Source: Leucoraja ocellata (taxonomy: Eukaryota). From it: DNA of 64,000 nt. Where the stretch lies: the NCBI GenBank assembly GCA_036785375.1, contig JAWMAR010000023.1, forward strand, positions 6,758,001-6,822,000, in the 5' to 3' direction. Below the pieces are notes generated by a model. The model was given only the letters and a program-made list of their open reading frames with translations. It was not told the origin of the DNA and did not search any database. Within the stretch, counting starts at the first letter, position 1; every line of letters starts with the position of its first letter. Both the position numbers and the translations under genes were made by a program. Shown here in pieces: positions 50,817-63,385 of the stretch.

Positions 50817-51875
50817 CTATGGAAAATAAGCCAACAGGTATTAATTATCACATTTAATGTACAAATAAGTACATTAGTACAAATAATATTTGATGACAGT
50901 CATATTTGATAATTATCTAATTTATTTTGGAACAGCCTTCACATATCCCCCAAGCCCACACTTCATCTGTTGCAATAAGCAAAGAAGATTTTAATCAGCA
51001 GAGATTCAAGGCTGCTCCCTCTCCTTGTCTGACTTTCCACCATAAAATAATAACATGTTATCTGGAATTGGATATAACCCTATTTTCAACCAACAAGAGA
51101 ATGGCTCATTTGAAAGTGAGTCAATTTAGCATTTTAATGAGGAAGATTTTCACAATAACATGATTTAAATTATTCATAAGAAAAAAGCACGTTTTGTCTT
51201 ACTTTTTTTCCTATCTGTGGAAAGCAAATCAGAGTTGAACTGAAATGGTAACTGTTTTTGAGCACAGATGCTGTCTGATCTGTTGAGTATTTCCACCATT
51301 TTTTTAAATTTCACATTTCTAACATCTCCAGTTTTTTGATGTTCATCGCTAAATAGCCCCCCGTTTCACTATTGGTAAAGACAGACGTTGGTCCCTCAAC
51401 TCAGTAATCATTTGCACAAAATCTCAGTCCATCACTGTGGAGGGAGCATAAACATTATATTTGACCCCATCATCATGTGGCAGCCACTGTAACAGAGCCC
51501 AGCCCACATACTTTGAGCTTACCACTTGCATTATTGATCCCTATTCCACCCCCTTAGAAATTGCAGCCATTGATTTCTGTCCTATTACTGTGGTGTAATC
51601 TTTGACATAGACACCTGTCCAATCAGTGTGGAAAAATCAAAACAAACATCCTAATCATTATGAGAGGTAACTGGGAACCCAGAGCCACATTAAGTAGTTA
51701 CACGGGGAAATCACAACGCCATATCTGTATCTCTTCACCCATTGCGAGTTTGTGGCTCATTATTCCAGAATGGCACTTGGATTGCTGAATTTCTGGTTCA
51801 TAACCAGAATATCTTTAAAGTTTAAAAAACAAATGAAAACACCAGAAGCTTTGAGAGATTGAAGTCCTGCCGTAC

Positions 51876-51968
51876 CTCTATCTAAATTCTTTGGAGGAAT
51901 CTCCCTGAGCAGCTCCACCTTCTCTCTGGACAATGCAAACTTCTCCTTTAGTATGTTGTTCTTGTAGT
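51876..51968 (-). CDS. MXRA8: MXRA8 cytoplasmic exon (exon 9 equivalent)
   Basis: tagcag|DYKNNILKEKFALSREKVELLREIPPKNLDR|gtacgg; 93 nt, phase 1-1. DYKNNILKE is a conserved MXRA8 motif. Confidence 0.92.
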
Positions 51969-52602
51969 CTGCTAAAAATGAGAGTTGTGTTAATCTCACT
52001 TTGAAACAAACACAAATATTTACCCCAGCTGCCCGTCTTGCACTCACCTCTTTAACCTTCCTTAACCTCCCAATCATCCTCCCACCATACACCCACTCTC
52101 CAAGACTTTTGCCCATGAGTACTTCCCTCTTTTAAACAGGTAAATACACTGGTACCCCATTTAGCATTACCTCATTTATTTCTTATGCTCTTGATCCAAG
52201 AATCTGAACATGAATTGTGACCACCTTGTGAGTTTGTTACCTTAGGCAATCTCAGGTAACAAGAGTGGAGAGACCAGTGCAGCCAAATAAAGTGGAGGAG
52301 TCAGCATTCTCCATCAAAACCAATAGGAGGTGATGAGAGGGGTCTAGGATCTTGCATGTCTGATAACACATGAAGCAGCTGTTGCCAGTCCTCTGCAATA
52401 GCCTGTATTCAACATGCTGGATTTAATCTGATATGGCACCACCTTTTGGGGCACTGAGTCGTTCAAACACAAAGATGTTACAGGCAGTCCATGGTCAGAA
52501 GAATTAACTGATCTCAGCTTTGAGATGGGCAGATGTTTGGTCACCAATATCTGTGAATCATTGTGTACTGAGATGCCAGTGAAGGCTTGAAGTGGAAATT
52601 AA

Positions 52603-52735
52603 CTAGTTTAGTCTAAAAATATAGCCGGGAAACAGGCCTTTCTGCCCACCGAGTCCATGCTGACCAGCGATCACCTATATTGTAGTTCTATCCGGCACGC
52701 GGAGAAAATCCACACGGTCGCAGGGAGAACGTACA
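52603..52735 (-). mobile_element. HE1-like SINE, partial
   Basis: Reverse complement of the SINE 3' half, with an internal deletion. Confidence 0.7.
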
Positions 52736-52802
52736 AATAAGCTGGTATTAGTTATCATCTTTCTGCAGCAAAACGTTTAACCCTATTTGTTAAAGTAAAT
52801 TA

Positions 52803-53092
52803 GCGGTGCAGTGGCGCAGTTGGTAGATCTGCTACCTCACAGCATCAGAGTCCCGAGTAAATCCTGCGCTGTCTGTGTAGAGTTTGCTCATTCCCTCAGT
52901 GACTGCATGTTTTTTTCCAGGCGCTCCCATTCCTTCCCCATCCCAAAGATGTGCAGGTTTGTAGGCTAATTGTCCCTGATGTTAAGGGAGTGGGTGAAAA
53001 AGTAGATAACAGAACCAGTGTGCACAGGTGATCGATGGTCGGCGTGGACTCAGAGAACCAAAGGGCCCGTTACCAAGCTGTATCTCTAAACG
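52803..53092 (+). mobile_element. HE1-like SINE
   Basis: A-box TGGCGCAGTTGG at 52812-52823; tail TGTATCTCTAAAC. Confidence 0.8.
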
Positions 53093-53802
53093 AAAAGCTA
53101 TATTTAAAGGATATGAAAAGGAACAACGGCTTTACTGGACTTTACTAGCAATAATGGTATTTCATTTCGTTTAAAAACTTCTTCCACTGTTAACTACAAC
53201 CTCCTGCGAGTACTCTTAACTTTGGTATACACAAGAATGGATGGCTTTTTTTGGATGTTTTAATGATCTTCAAAGAACCTAATGTTTGGTATAAAATTCA
53301 GTGGCTATAGGATAGGAGAAAAATATTTTTGAAAAATCACAGTGAGAAAATATGTGATATATATAATATTCAAAATCACACTCAGCTCCACCATACATAT
53401 ATATGATATGACTGTTTTGTTTCTTAATATTAGTGCAATTGTTCCCAGACCCACATGATGCAAGACTTGATTAGTTGTGTACCTTCCTGATCAGAGGGAA
53501 GATCCATGAGTTGGGCATGAGATAATGTCAAATAATGTTGACATTATTTATGTCAACGTAAATCATGGTCATTGTGGAACTATTTTCAACCATGATTGGG
53601 GTTAGGATGACTTTTTCAATTATATATTTTTCTGCCGCTCCCGATGGAATACAGGGATGTCTGGAATTGAGGAAGCTGGACAGTTGCTGTGAACCACGAG
53701 GCTTGTGACATCATGTGGAGCTTCATTGATCTGCCAGTTGTGCACAAACACTGATTGTGCACGATTCAATGAGAAAAACCTTACCAATGAGATAACACGT
53801 AC

Positions 53803-53882
53803 CAAATTTTATTTCTTCGTTTTTGTTTGGTCTTAGGCCAGTCGTGTCAATCACAAAATCACTGAGATTAACTTCTGTTCTC
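53803..53882 (-). CDS. MXRA8: MXRA8 cytoplasmic exon (exon 8 equivalent)
   Basis: cagcag|RTEVNLSDFVIDTTGLRPNKNEEIKF(D)|gtacgt; 80 nt, phase 2 to 1; similar to recalled KDVNLAEFAV...SEDIQLD. The acceptor is ambiguous by +/-3 nt. Confidence 0.85.
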
Positions 53883-54087
53883 CTGCTGATTAAAGGACAG
53901 CACAGATTGAGATAGCAACATTTAGAAGATTCAGATTAAGGTGCTTATTTGTGTTTATTAAAAGCTTTGGAAATTGCTTCATAATTCTTGTACAAACATT
54001 ATCCATAAAAATTATTATAAGAAAAATAATTTGTTACCACATTTGCCTGTACAAGGGAATTTGGTTTCCAGATAATTTCCTAATTAA

Positions 54088-55520
54088 TAGACAATAGACA
54101 ATAGACAATAGGTGCAGGAGTAGGCCATTCGGCCCTTCGGGCCAGCACCGCCATTCAATATGATCATAATAATAATAATAATAATACATTTTATTTGTAT
54201 AGCACTTTTCAAGGACTCAAAGTCGCTTTACATGGTGAGTCGAGAACAAAACAAAATAGAGCAGTAAGACAGAGATGCAAAGGGGAGGGGGACATGGGAC
54301 TAAGGGTATGCAGAGGTGAAGAGATGGGTCTTGAGGCGGGACTGGAAGATGGTGAGGGACTCAGAAGTTCGGATCAATTGTGGGAGGGAGTTCCAGAGCC
54401 TGGGAGCTGCCCTGGAGAAGGCTCTGTCTCCAAAGGTGCAGAGGTTGGATTTCAGAATGGAGAGGAGACCGGCTGAAATGGATCTGAGGGACCGTGAGGG
54501 TTGGTAGGGGGAGAGGAGGTCAGTGAGATAAGGGGGGGGGGGGGGGGGGCAAGTGGTTGAGGGCTTTGTAGGTGAGGACCTGGATTTTGTAGAAGATCCG
54601 GTGGGAAATGGGAAGCCAATGAAGTTCTTTGAGGACTGGGGTGATGTGGTGCCAGGATTTGATGTGGGTAATGAGTCGGGCGGCTGCATTCTGGACCAGT
54701 TGGAGTCGGTTGATGTTGCTGGAATTGATGCCAAAGAGAAGAGAGTTACAGTAGTCCAGTCGGGAGGAGATGAAGGCATTGATGAGTCTTTCAGCAGCGG
54801 GGGGTGTGAGAGAGGGTCTGATTTTGGCAATGTTGCGGAGGTGAAAAAATGATGTTTTGACAACATGGCGGATGTGAGGCTCAAGGGAGAGGGTTGAGTC
54901 AAAGATCACGCCAAGGTTGCGGGCCTGAGGAGATGGGGAGACAGTGGTGCCGTCAATAGTGAGAGTGGGGTTGTTAATTTTGGTAAGTGTTGATTTGGAG
55001 CCAATGAGGAGAAATTCTGTTTTGTTACTGTTTAATTTAAGGAAGTTGAGTTGCATCCAAGATTTGATGGCTGACAGGCAGGAGTTTATATGGGAGAGAG
55101 GGGGGTGGTGGGGGGACTTGGTGCTGAGATAGATCTGGCTGATCATCCCCAATCAGCACCCCGTTCCTGCCTTCTCCCCATATCCCTTGACTCCATTATC
55201 TTTAAGAGCTCTATCTAACTCTCTCTCTTGAAAGCATCCAGAGAATTGGCCTCCACTGCCTTCTGAGGCAGAGAATTCCACAGATTAACAACCTTCAACA
55301 AAACGTTTTTCCTCCTCATCGTTCTAAATGGCATACCCCTTATTCTTAAACTGTGGCCCCTGGTTTTGGACTCCCCCAATGTCGAGAATGTTTCCTGCCT
55401 CTAGCATGTCCAAACCCTTAATAATCATATTTGTTTCAATAAGATTCCCTCTCATCCCTCTAAATTCCAGACTGTACAAGCCCAGCCGCTCCATTCTATC
55501 AACATATGACAGTCCTATCA
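54088..55520 (-). mobile_element. CR1 LINE 3' end (host of the L2 insertion)
   Basis: GLSYVDRMERLGLYSLEFRGMRGNLIET; (CTATTGT)n tail at ~54088-54110; split at GATCA|TGGCTG. Confidence 0.85.
54167..55136 (-). mobile_element. L2 LINE 3' fragment (~970 bp) nested in a CR1 3' end
   Basis: WMQLNFLKLNSNKTEFLLIG...ARNLGVIFDS...AFISSRLDYCNSL...LQLVQNAAARL...LHWLPI...GDRAFSRAAPRLWNSLP...LKTHLF; (TAT)n tail; frame switch at the G18 run 54532-54549. Confidence 0.93.
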
Positions 55521-55534
55521 TATGTCAATCCAGC

Positions 55535-55625
55535 CCTCCATCCAAGGACCATGACAGTCTTTCCAGGTGAGGCAGAGGTTCACTTGCACTTCCTCCAACC
55601 TCGTCTACTGTATCTGCTGTTTCTT
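55535..55625 (+). mobile_element. Penelope GIY-YIG N-terminal fragment
   Basis: Translates QSFQVRQRFTCTSSNLVYCICC, typical of the PLE endonuclease start. Confidence 0.65.
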
Positions 55626-56710
55626 GCAGAGGCTTCTCAGAGGCTAAGGTTTTCCAAGTTGGACTAGATGGATTTCTTTGGTTTAGGTTTATTTTTGTGA
55701 CTTGTACCGAGATACAGTGAAAAGCTCTGTTTTTGGATGCTATCCAAACAAATCAGATATCCCATACTTAATTTTATTTAAGTCAAACGTTCAGTCATGC
55801 TATCAAGCTTCTATACCTTCTGCTGGACGGAAGCAGAGAGTAAAATGAATAACCAGGGTGAGACAATTGATTATGCAGGCTGTTTTTTCAAGGCAACATG
55901 AAGTGTAGATGGAGTCAATGGAGGGAAGTCTGAGCTACATCTACAAACTCTGCAATTTCTTGCAGACTTGGGCAAAGCTATTTCCAAACCAACTCAACAG
56001 TTAGCTTTCTATGGTGCATCTGAAATCTGCAACCACACATCACACTGAGGCACAATCCCTGTTAATATAACACATTGCTGACAAAATAACCATTTTTTTC
56101 TGGAAAACCAGAAATTGGCAAAATATTGTGCCTGTGCCTGTGCCTTGCAAAAACGTCCCACCACACAGTAAAGAGGACAATCACTGCAACATAGTTCAAG
56201 AGTGCAAGATTGTATATGGCTCATGTAATATTGGGAGCGTATCCCTTTGAGAATTGCAACATGTAGCAACTGCCTACAATTGATATACAGTATGTCTTAG
56301 TTTAGAACTGAACAACATTAGTTTGCTGTCTGAAAGTATGTATGTTACAGGAGTGAATGCTGTACCTTACTATATCTTCTTTGGTTTTATATAGTCTCTT
56401 TGTTGACTTGCATCACTATTTAGTACACTTAATAGGTAGGGATATTAAGATGAGGGTTATGTTAATGTGGGGTGTGGTGATTGTAAGTTCAGCATTTATT
56501 TTTCTCTCGCCATAGATACACTGGCCTTAAAAACAGCAAACTCCATGCCTGAGATCTGCACAGTACATCACACAACATTATCCACCGGGTTTGAGCTAAT
56601 ATCAATTTCACTCGTAATCTGCCCAAGCACCTGAAAACTACACATTTAATCACAAAACATTGCCAAAAAAAGTGCAATGTAAAGTGGACAAATGATGACT
56701 TAATACTTAC

Positions 56711-56741
56711 GGTTGAGACATCTTCACATTATATTGAAGAC
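56711..56741 (-). CDS. MXRA8: MXRA8 small cytoplasmic exon (exon 7 equivalent)
   Basis: tttctcag|GLQYNVKMSQ(P)|gtaagt; 31 nt, phase 1 to 2; strong splice sites and frame-compatible with both neighbours. Confidence 0.85.
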
Positions 56742-56961
56742 CTGAGAAATAGAAAATATAATTGAGAGTCAAAATAATCATAGAGGAGGCATACATCCCC
56801 CTGCACGGCCTATAAGATTGTAACATCTTGGTGCATGCATGCATGAACACACAGACTTTCTCTTCATATTTCTGCAGCACGAGAATTGTACAAAAGACCT
56901 ACCTACAATAAGCACTTAAGATATGATAATTAACAATAAAATATTAAAGTAACTATATCAC

Positions 56962-57120
56962 CTCTCTTTCTCTGTTGCCGGGTAATTAGGGCAATGATGG
57001 TTATCAAAATGGCCAGAAGCAGTAGAGTTGCCAGGACATATCCAAGTTGATGAAGAAAATGTGAAGAATGGTCCGGAATAAAAACATTGATGATATTTGG
57101 GATTTCAACTGCCGTAGATG
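56962..57120 (-). CDS. MXRA8: MXRA8 (limitrin/DICAM) stalk and transmembrane exon (equivalent of mammalian exon 6; upstream Ig exons lie beyond the right edge)
   Basis: ttctag|xSTAVEIPNIINVFIPDHSSHFLHQLGYVLATLLLLAILITIIALITRQQRKR|gtgata; 159 nt, phase 1-1. Matches the recalled MXRA8 motif NVINVIVPE..HFFQQLGYVLATLLL. Confidence 0.93.
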
Positions 57121-57185
57121 CTAGAAATAAATAAAAAATGTTGTTTTCAAAAATATCATCACATACTGGGATCCAATATTAACAT

Positions 57186-57365
57186 TGGGTTTCCTCCCAC
57201 ACTCCAAAGACATACAGGTATGTAGGTTAATTGGCTTGGTAAATGTGAAAATGGTCCCTAGTTGGTATAGGATAGTGTTAATGTGCGGGAATCGCTGATC
57301 GGCGCGGACCCAGTGGGCCGAAAGGCCCCATTTCCACGCTGTATCTCTAAACTAAACTAAACTAA
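57186..57365 (+). mobile_element. HE1-like SINE, 5'-truncated
   Basis: SINE 3' half with a (CTAAA)3 tail. Confidence 0.8.
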
Positions 57366-57808
57366 AAATTATAAGCCTACGTAAGAAAGATTAATAACTC
57401 ATGTGAAGGATAGCTCAACTGCATATGTAGCATTTTCTCAGGCATACATTTAAGTGTCACCTTAGATCATGTGCTCAAGTTACTGAGGCTTGAATCCAGA
57501 ACCTTGTAACTCAGCGGCAGGATAACTACTATTGAGCCAAATTTGACACTTTGAAATAAAAATTGCTAGAAATGTTCAGCATATCAGACTGCATCCATGA
57601 AGACTGAAACAGTGATAATGTTTAAGGGTGATGAAATTAAATAGAGGCAGGCAAGAAGATGATGATGAAGGAGAGATAAGTAATTTTTAGTGAGCAATAT
57701 TAATCAGCCGAGTTCTTTCACCTGCATTTTGTATGCTGTCAAGGGGCACCTTCACTCCAACAAGTATACATATATATAAATCTAGATACAGGTACATGTA
57801 TATGAAGT

Positions 57809-57910
57809 CAGAGCTGCCAACTCTCAAGCTTTGAGCGTGAGAATCACGCCCTCAAGCAAACTCTCACGCCCTCACGCTGATCAGAAATATCTCACGCTCT
57901 GTGGTGAGAA
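57809..57910 (+). mobile_element. DNA transposon end (CAGAGCTGCCAA) with TCACGC subterminal repeats
   Basis: Homologous to 11135-11216. Confidence 0.55.
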
Positions 57911-59496
57911 AACAGAAAATGCTAGACACTTGTGAGTGAAACAGTTAAATTTTTAGGTGGATGATGATGTGTGAACTGTTAACTATTTTAAGCAATTTTT
58001 CTTCAGGCGACAGTCTTTAAATTAAAGAGTAAGAAAATGTTTACAAATAGAAGCAGTTTTATGCAATGGCTGCGATGGAATTAGCTAGAAAGGTTTAATG
58101 GCATTTTAAGCAGTGCATGGATCAAGAAACCAACAAAGAGCAAATAAGGACAGGACAGGCAAGGCCTTAAGGTCAGGTTGTTTCTGATATGACTACAGCA
58201 AATTAACACTCACACTTACATACACAAATTAACAGGACTGAAGTTAGAAGTAACGCTCGAAGTTACATAGTTTGATATAAGTCACCCTCTAAATTCAGTT
58301 AAGGCCTCAGTTTTTTAGAAGCATATTTCATTGACTGGAAATGGATGAAATTGGGGGGGAAAAATGAATAAACTAATTTTGATTAGTGTCTCACTAGGTG
58401 GCTTGTGGAGTTGTTGGAAGTTTTAGTTTGAGTAATGTGACCCATTGCTGCTATGGAAGGTTAAATGCACTCGGAGCCAAAGTGCTGACATTGTTTGATC
58501 ATCTCCAGCTGGAATTGTGACATCCAAGAAAAACAGTGTAGGTCTGTACTCCAGTCCTCTCCCGCCATACCATATTACCAGAGTTAATCTCCATGGCAGT
58601 CCAATATAGAAGAGTCTGGTGTTTACCCAGAGCATTCTCGGGTGCTGCAGCCTGGGAAATGTGAGTTAGGAGCGAAGGAAAATAAGTTAAAGCTGTCCTA
58701 CTTTTAGTCAGACACAAAACTATGCATGGTGATTGCCAAGCATGAGAGCCAGGGTTAAACAGCCAAGATCAGAACTCAAAGAGCTTGTAGGTACCGAGTC
58801 TCTGACTCATCCCTGCATTATACATGGAAAATACACTTACCAAAGTATCATATTTAAACCAAAGGACACAAGCCACATGATCTATTTGTATATGGAATTC
58901 CTTCATTTGTATTCATTTAGAAATGAATACAAAGAAAGTACAGATGTTTTTCATGAAAACAATGCTAAACCATTTCTTCGTTTGTGCCCCTTGAGAGAAG
59001 CTGCCTGTATTTTACCAATATCTAATTGGAGTCTAAACTATTTAAAGGCTCTGTTTCCATTGCCCTTTGAAGAATAGTGTTCCATAAACGTAAAACCCCC
59101 GTGGAGAGAAAAAATGTTCACCCATCTATCATAAATGGGTGAGCCAATATTTTTAAAGTGACCCCCAGTATTAGATTCTCCCACCATCTCTACGTCAATT
59201 CTTGTCAGCCCTCCTAGATTTTACATGTTTCAACCAAGTCACCTTCCACTGTTTGAGTATACGTCCAGACTCTATATCCTGTCCATTGAAGACAACATTC
59301 AGATATCAGTCAAGTAAACCTCTGTGGACTGCTATCAATTAATTTATATCCTTCTTTAAATAAGGAGATCAACACTGTACACCGTTTTCCACATGATCTC
59401 ACTAATGCCCTATCTATCTTACTTTATTATTTTGTTCCTATTAAAATGACCAATTTCATATTTTCCCACATTATACCCAATTTGCCTTATTGTAAC

Positions 59497-59812
59497 TTTA
59501 GTTTAGTTTACTTTACTTTAGAGATACAGCACGGAGACAGGCCCTTAGGCCCACCGATTCCTCACCGACCAGCGATCCCCACACATTTACACACACTAGG
59601 GACAATTAACACTTATACCAAGCCAATTTCTGTACATTCCTGTAAGTCTTTAGAGTGCGGGAGGAAACCGAAGATCTCGGAGAAAGCCCACACGGCCTCA
59701 GGCAGAAAGTACAAACTCCGTGCAGATAACACTGGTAGTCGGGATTGAACACAAATCTCCGGTGCTGCAAGTGCTGTCAGGCAACAACTCCACCGCTGCA
59801 CCACCGTGCCGC
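59497..59812 (-). mobile_element. HE1-like SINE
   Basis: Minus strand has an A-box-like TGGTGCAGCGG, B-box GTTCAATCC and a (CTAAA)n tail. Confidence 0.8.
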
Positions 59813-62800
59813 ACCATTATATATTTTCCTTATATCTTCTTCACAATTCCTACTTTTCTTCGTCATGAGCCTATTTAGCAACCGTGCTGGGAGTCTCTGC
59901 TGAGGATGCAGTTAGCATGCAGCATGCTAGAAGCATTCCACAACTGGAGGAAGTTGCAGCATGGTCTGTTGTGCATCCTGGATGCATGTTCCGTTTGTAC
60001 TTCCTTTGTTATTTAAAATAAAGGTAATAAAACTATTTTTTTTAAATGGTCATTAGGACCATTGGTCTACACATGATGGAGAAAAAAATGGCAGTGAGCC
60101 CTGAACCCGTACCATTACAATATGGTTGTCAATGCTGTTGCTCATTAGTTATCATCACATAGCTATGAAAACATCAAGGACAATGTGCTTTCATATGATG
60201 CCTTTGCAGCAAACACCCTCAAACAGCAGTGAGATAATAATCAAAATATTTATTTTTAGTAACATTAAACATTGCCCAGAAAGCTGGGGATAAATTTATG
60301 AGCTTGTTGAATTTAATGCTGTGCAATCTTTTGAAGAGAGCTGATGGGATCTCAGGTTTGGGTCTTAACAGAAAGATGGGTCTTCCAACTTTATACTACC
60401 CCCACTAAAATTCTATCACTATGGGTAGTAGAATTTCAAAAGGGAGGAGAGAAAGAAATATTAAAACCTAAAAGGCTATGGCAAGTTGTGAGTGCCTGAT
60501 TGGCAGAGCATGATCTAGCAGTAGGTGTGCACCAAAATAGCACAAGAGAGTCAACCTAGATTGCTGTGTTCAAATCTCTGATGTGAGACTGGAACCATAA
60601 ACATTTAAGTCATTGGCATAAGCTCTGTCTTCTGAACCACAGCTGTTAACTGTACAGTTCAACCAAATGCAAGGCTTGTACATTGGAAATAAACATAAGG
60701 ACCCTTTCTTCTGTTCTGGCACTCGACAAAATTATGATTAAACCTGTAGCTCATCTACTTTGCTAACTATTCCTTATTTCTGCCAATTTCCCTCAAGGTT
60801 TCAATCTTGAATGTAATAATTGAGTATCTAAGGCTGGAAGGGTAATGAGTTGCAAAGTTGAACAACCGCTTGATTAAAGATTTCTCCTCATCAGAGTCCA
60901 AAATAGCTTATCCTCAGATCATTTCATTCCCCAACGCCTCCCACCACTTTAAGTTTCAAGATGGCTTTAAACCAAAACTGTTCAGACAACAAGGGTAGGT
61001 GTATTTTAAACTCAACAGTGTACACAATGGCCCTGCAATCAAATCCATGAAGTGTCATATTTCTGAATGTATTAGATTTTAAATCTACAAATACCAGGTC
61101 TTTTATTTGGTCAGAGAGCACAATTCTGAGCATTTCCAGCTTGCAATATCGGATTATCTATTGTTATTATCAACTTTTTCTCTGATTCAAATATATCTTA
61201 ACCTTTTAATATCATTGTAATTTGTGGATGTTGCTGGAATGAAGCCTCAACACCCTGAGATTGTGAATTAGAACCAACATTGCTATGTGATTGGCCATTT
61301 GGCCATCATATCAAAGAGTTCTAGATGCTGTATAAATTACCATCTGAATTTATTTTCAAGATTTAACATTAAACATTGTTTTTATTTCACACTATGTCCC
61401 CTGTTTTGTACATTCTAAGTGCACAAACCGTTCTTTTCTTTGTTAAAACACATTTTCTTGATAGATGTTTTTCCAAAAGGATAAAGAATATTGAGGTTTT
61501 GAAAAGCAGCCAGTCACACATGGTTCCCATATGTTTTAAATCGACTAAACAGGATGTAGTTCAGAAATTCTAGAAATTCTCAGAAGTAAAGTCGTATAAA
61601 ACAGCTGGAGGTGTAAAACACCTTTAAGAGGAGCAATGCATGAGGTTCAATAATGTAAGTGTGATGGGGGGAGGAAGAAATGGCAAGGCAAAAAGATTTG
61701 GGAAGCTGGTTGTCACAATGTTCTCCTCGGCTGGGCTGGGACAAAATAAGTGCTAGCTGGGTTAATTATCTATGTTTTGAGTAGCAATCTTCACAATTGC
61801 AAGCAGTTGCTCTAACTCTGACTTTTAAATAATGTATTTGCTTGCAGTAATGAAAATATAATCATTCTCTTTCACTCCATGCTATTTTTTTGAAGTGTTT
61901 CTTTGAGCAGAACTGTGGGCCGGGAATTCTGAGCACATTATTGTTGAACAGATGGAAAGATATCCAACTCTAGCAATTGCCAGGCCTTGTTTACTTTGGA
62001 TTAAACTACATTTCCTTGCTTTTCTCCTTACATGGTGTAGTTCTGGACAGACAAGAATCAACCCATTTCCTTCATCTGGAGGCTTCAGACATATGGTGTG
62101 GCAATCTGGAGATTGTCACGTCATCATAAATAAGTTTCAATATATTTATTCTGTGACCTAATGGTCCTCATTAATTTGTTCCAGGGTTAGGGTGCCACAA
62201 TTATATGTTCTGATTAAGATTAAAGTTTTTTTTTAATTTTAGAATTCACTGAAGTGAAAACATGACCTGGTTCTACCCTTTCCGTAGATGCAAAATAATC
62301 CTATTTATCAGGGGTTTGAAGTTTAGAAATTCCTCCTCATCTTAGTCATCCTATCCCAAGACTATAGCTCAATAAGATCATCTCTTATACTCTGAACTTA
62401 CACAATCTCCCCTTATTTTGTTCCAACTGGTGTCACATTTTATATCCAAGTCTGCTTTCCCTATCTACAAAATAACATTCTTGCAATAGAGGGAGCACAA
62501 CAAAGGTTCAGCTTTATTCCTGAGATGGTGGTTTATCAGATGAATACAGAAGAAGAAGAAGCCAGGTTCCAAGATTAAGAAGTGGCCTTACTGAAACATA
62601 CTAAATTTTATGACTTGTCAGAACAGATGCAGGGATGATTTTTCCTCTGGTTCGGTTAACTGGAATCAGGGGGAAAGGTCTCAATATAAGGGTCTCAAGA
62701 TAAATTCCTCCCGCCCCCCCACTACAATCAGTCTGAAGAAGGGTTTCCACCCGAATCGTCACCAATCCTTTTTCTCCAGAGATGCTGCCAGACTCGCTGT

Positions 62801-63234
62801 TACTCCAGCATTTTGTGTCCATCTCAAAATAAGGGGATAGCCACTGAGAGCAGGGATGAGAAGAAATTTCCTCATCCAGCGAATTGTGAATTTTGTTTAC
62901 TCAAGAGGGCACAGTTATGTGTCTTCAAAATCAATACTAGATTTTCGAGTATAAAGGTAATCAACGGATATGGGGTCAGTGTAAAACCATGAAATTAAGG
63001 CAAAGGATCACCAATAGTCTGATTAAATGGTGTAGCAGGTGATTGCTTTATTCTTACTTTTTCACAAGCAGGTGAAGCATGAGGAAAGGAGGAAAGAAGG
63101 GTTATGGTAAAAAGAGCCAAGAGAAGAAAGAGGTCGAGACAATCATGTTGCATACTTTGTTCATGATTGTTGCTCGTATAATTGTGTATTCAGCTGATAG
63201 GCTCTGCATTTAAGATCTTCAACAGGCAAAATGT

Positions 63235-63365
63235 CAGTCCGAAGAAGGGTTTCGGCCCGAAACATTGCCTATTTCCTTCGCTCCATAGATGCTGCCTCAC
63301 CCGCTGAGTTTCTCCAGCATTTTTGTCTACCTTCGATTTTCCAGCATCTGCAGTTCCTTCTTAAA
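63235..63365 (+). mobile_element. Short Penelope-derived repeat with HHR-like head and 8-bp TSD
   Basis: Same family as 44817-44916; CAAAATGT duplicated at 63227-63234 and 63366-63373. Confidence 0.85.
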
Positions 63366-63385
63366 CAAAATGTTAATTAAGCAAT

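Noticed and set aside
11748-54549. Long G/C homopolymers (11748-11771, 24568-24586, 38582-38604, 48961-48975, 54532-54549)
   Set aside because: Mostly inside repeats, lengths are unreliable in assemblies, and there is no shared context.
56366-56425. LYKTKEDI segment resembling MXRA8 exon 8
   Set aside because: In-frame stops and wrong phases; 53803-53882 fits better.
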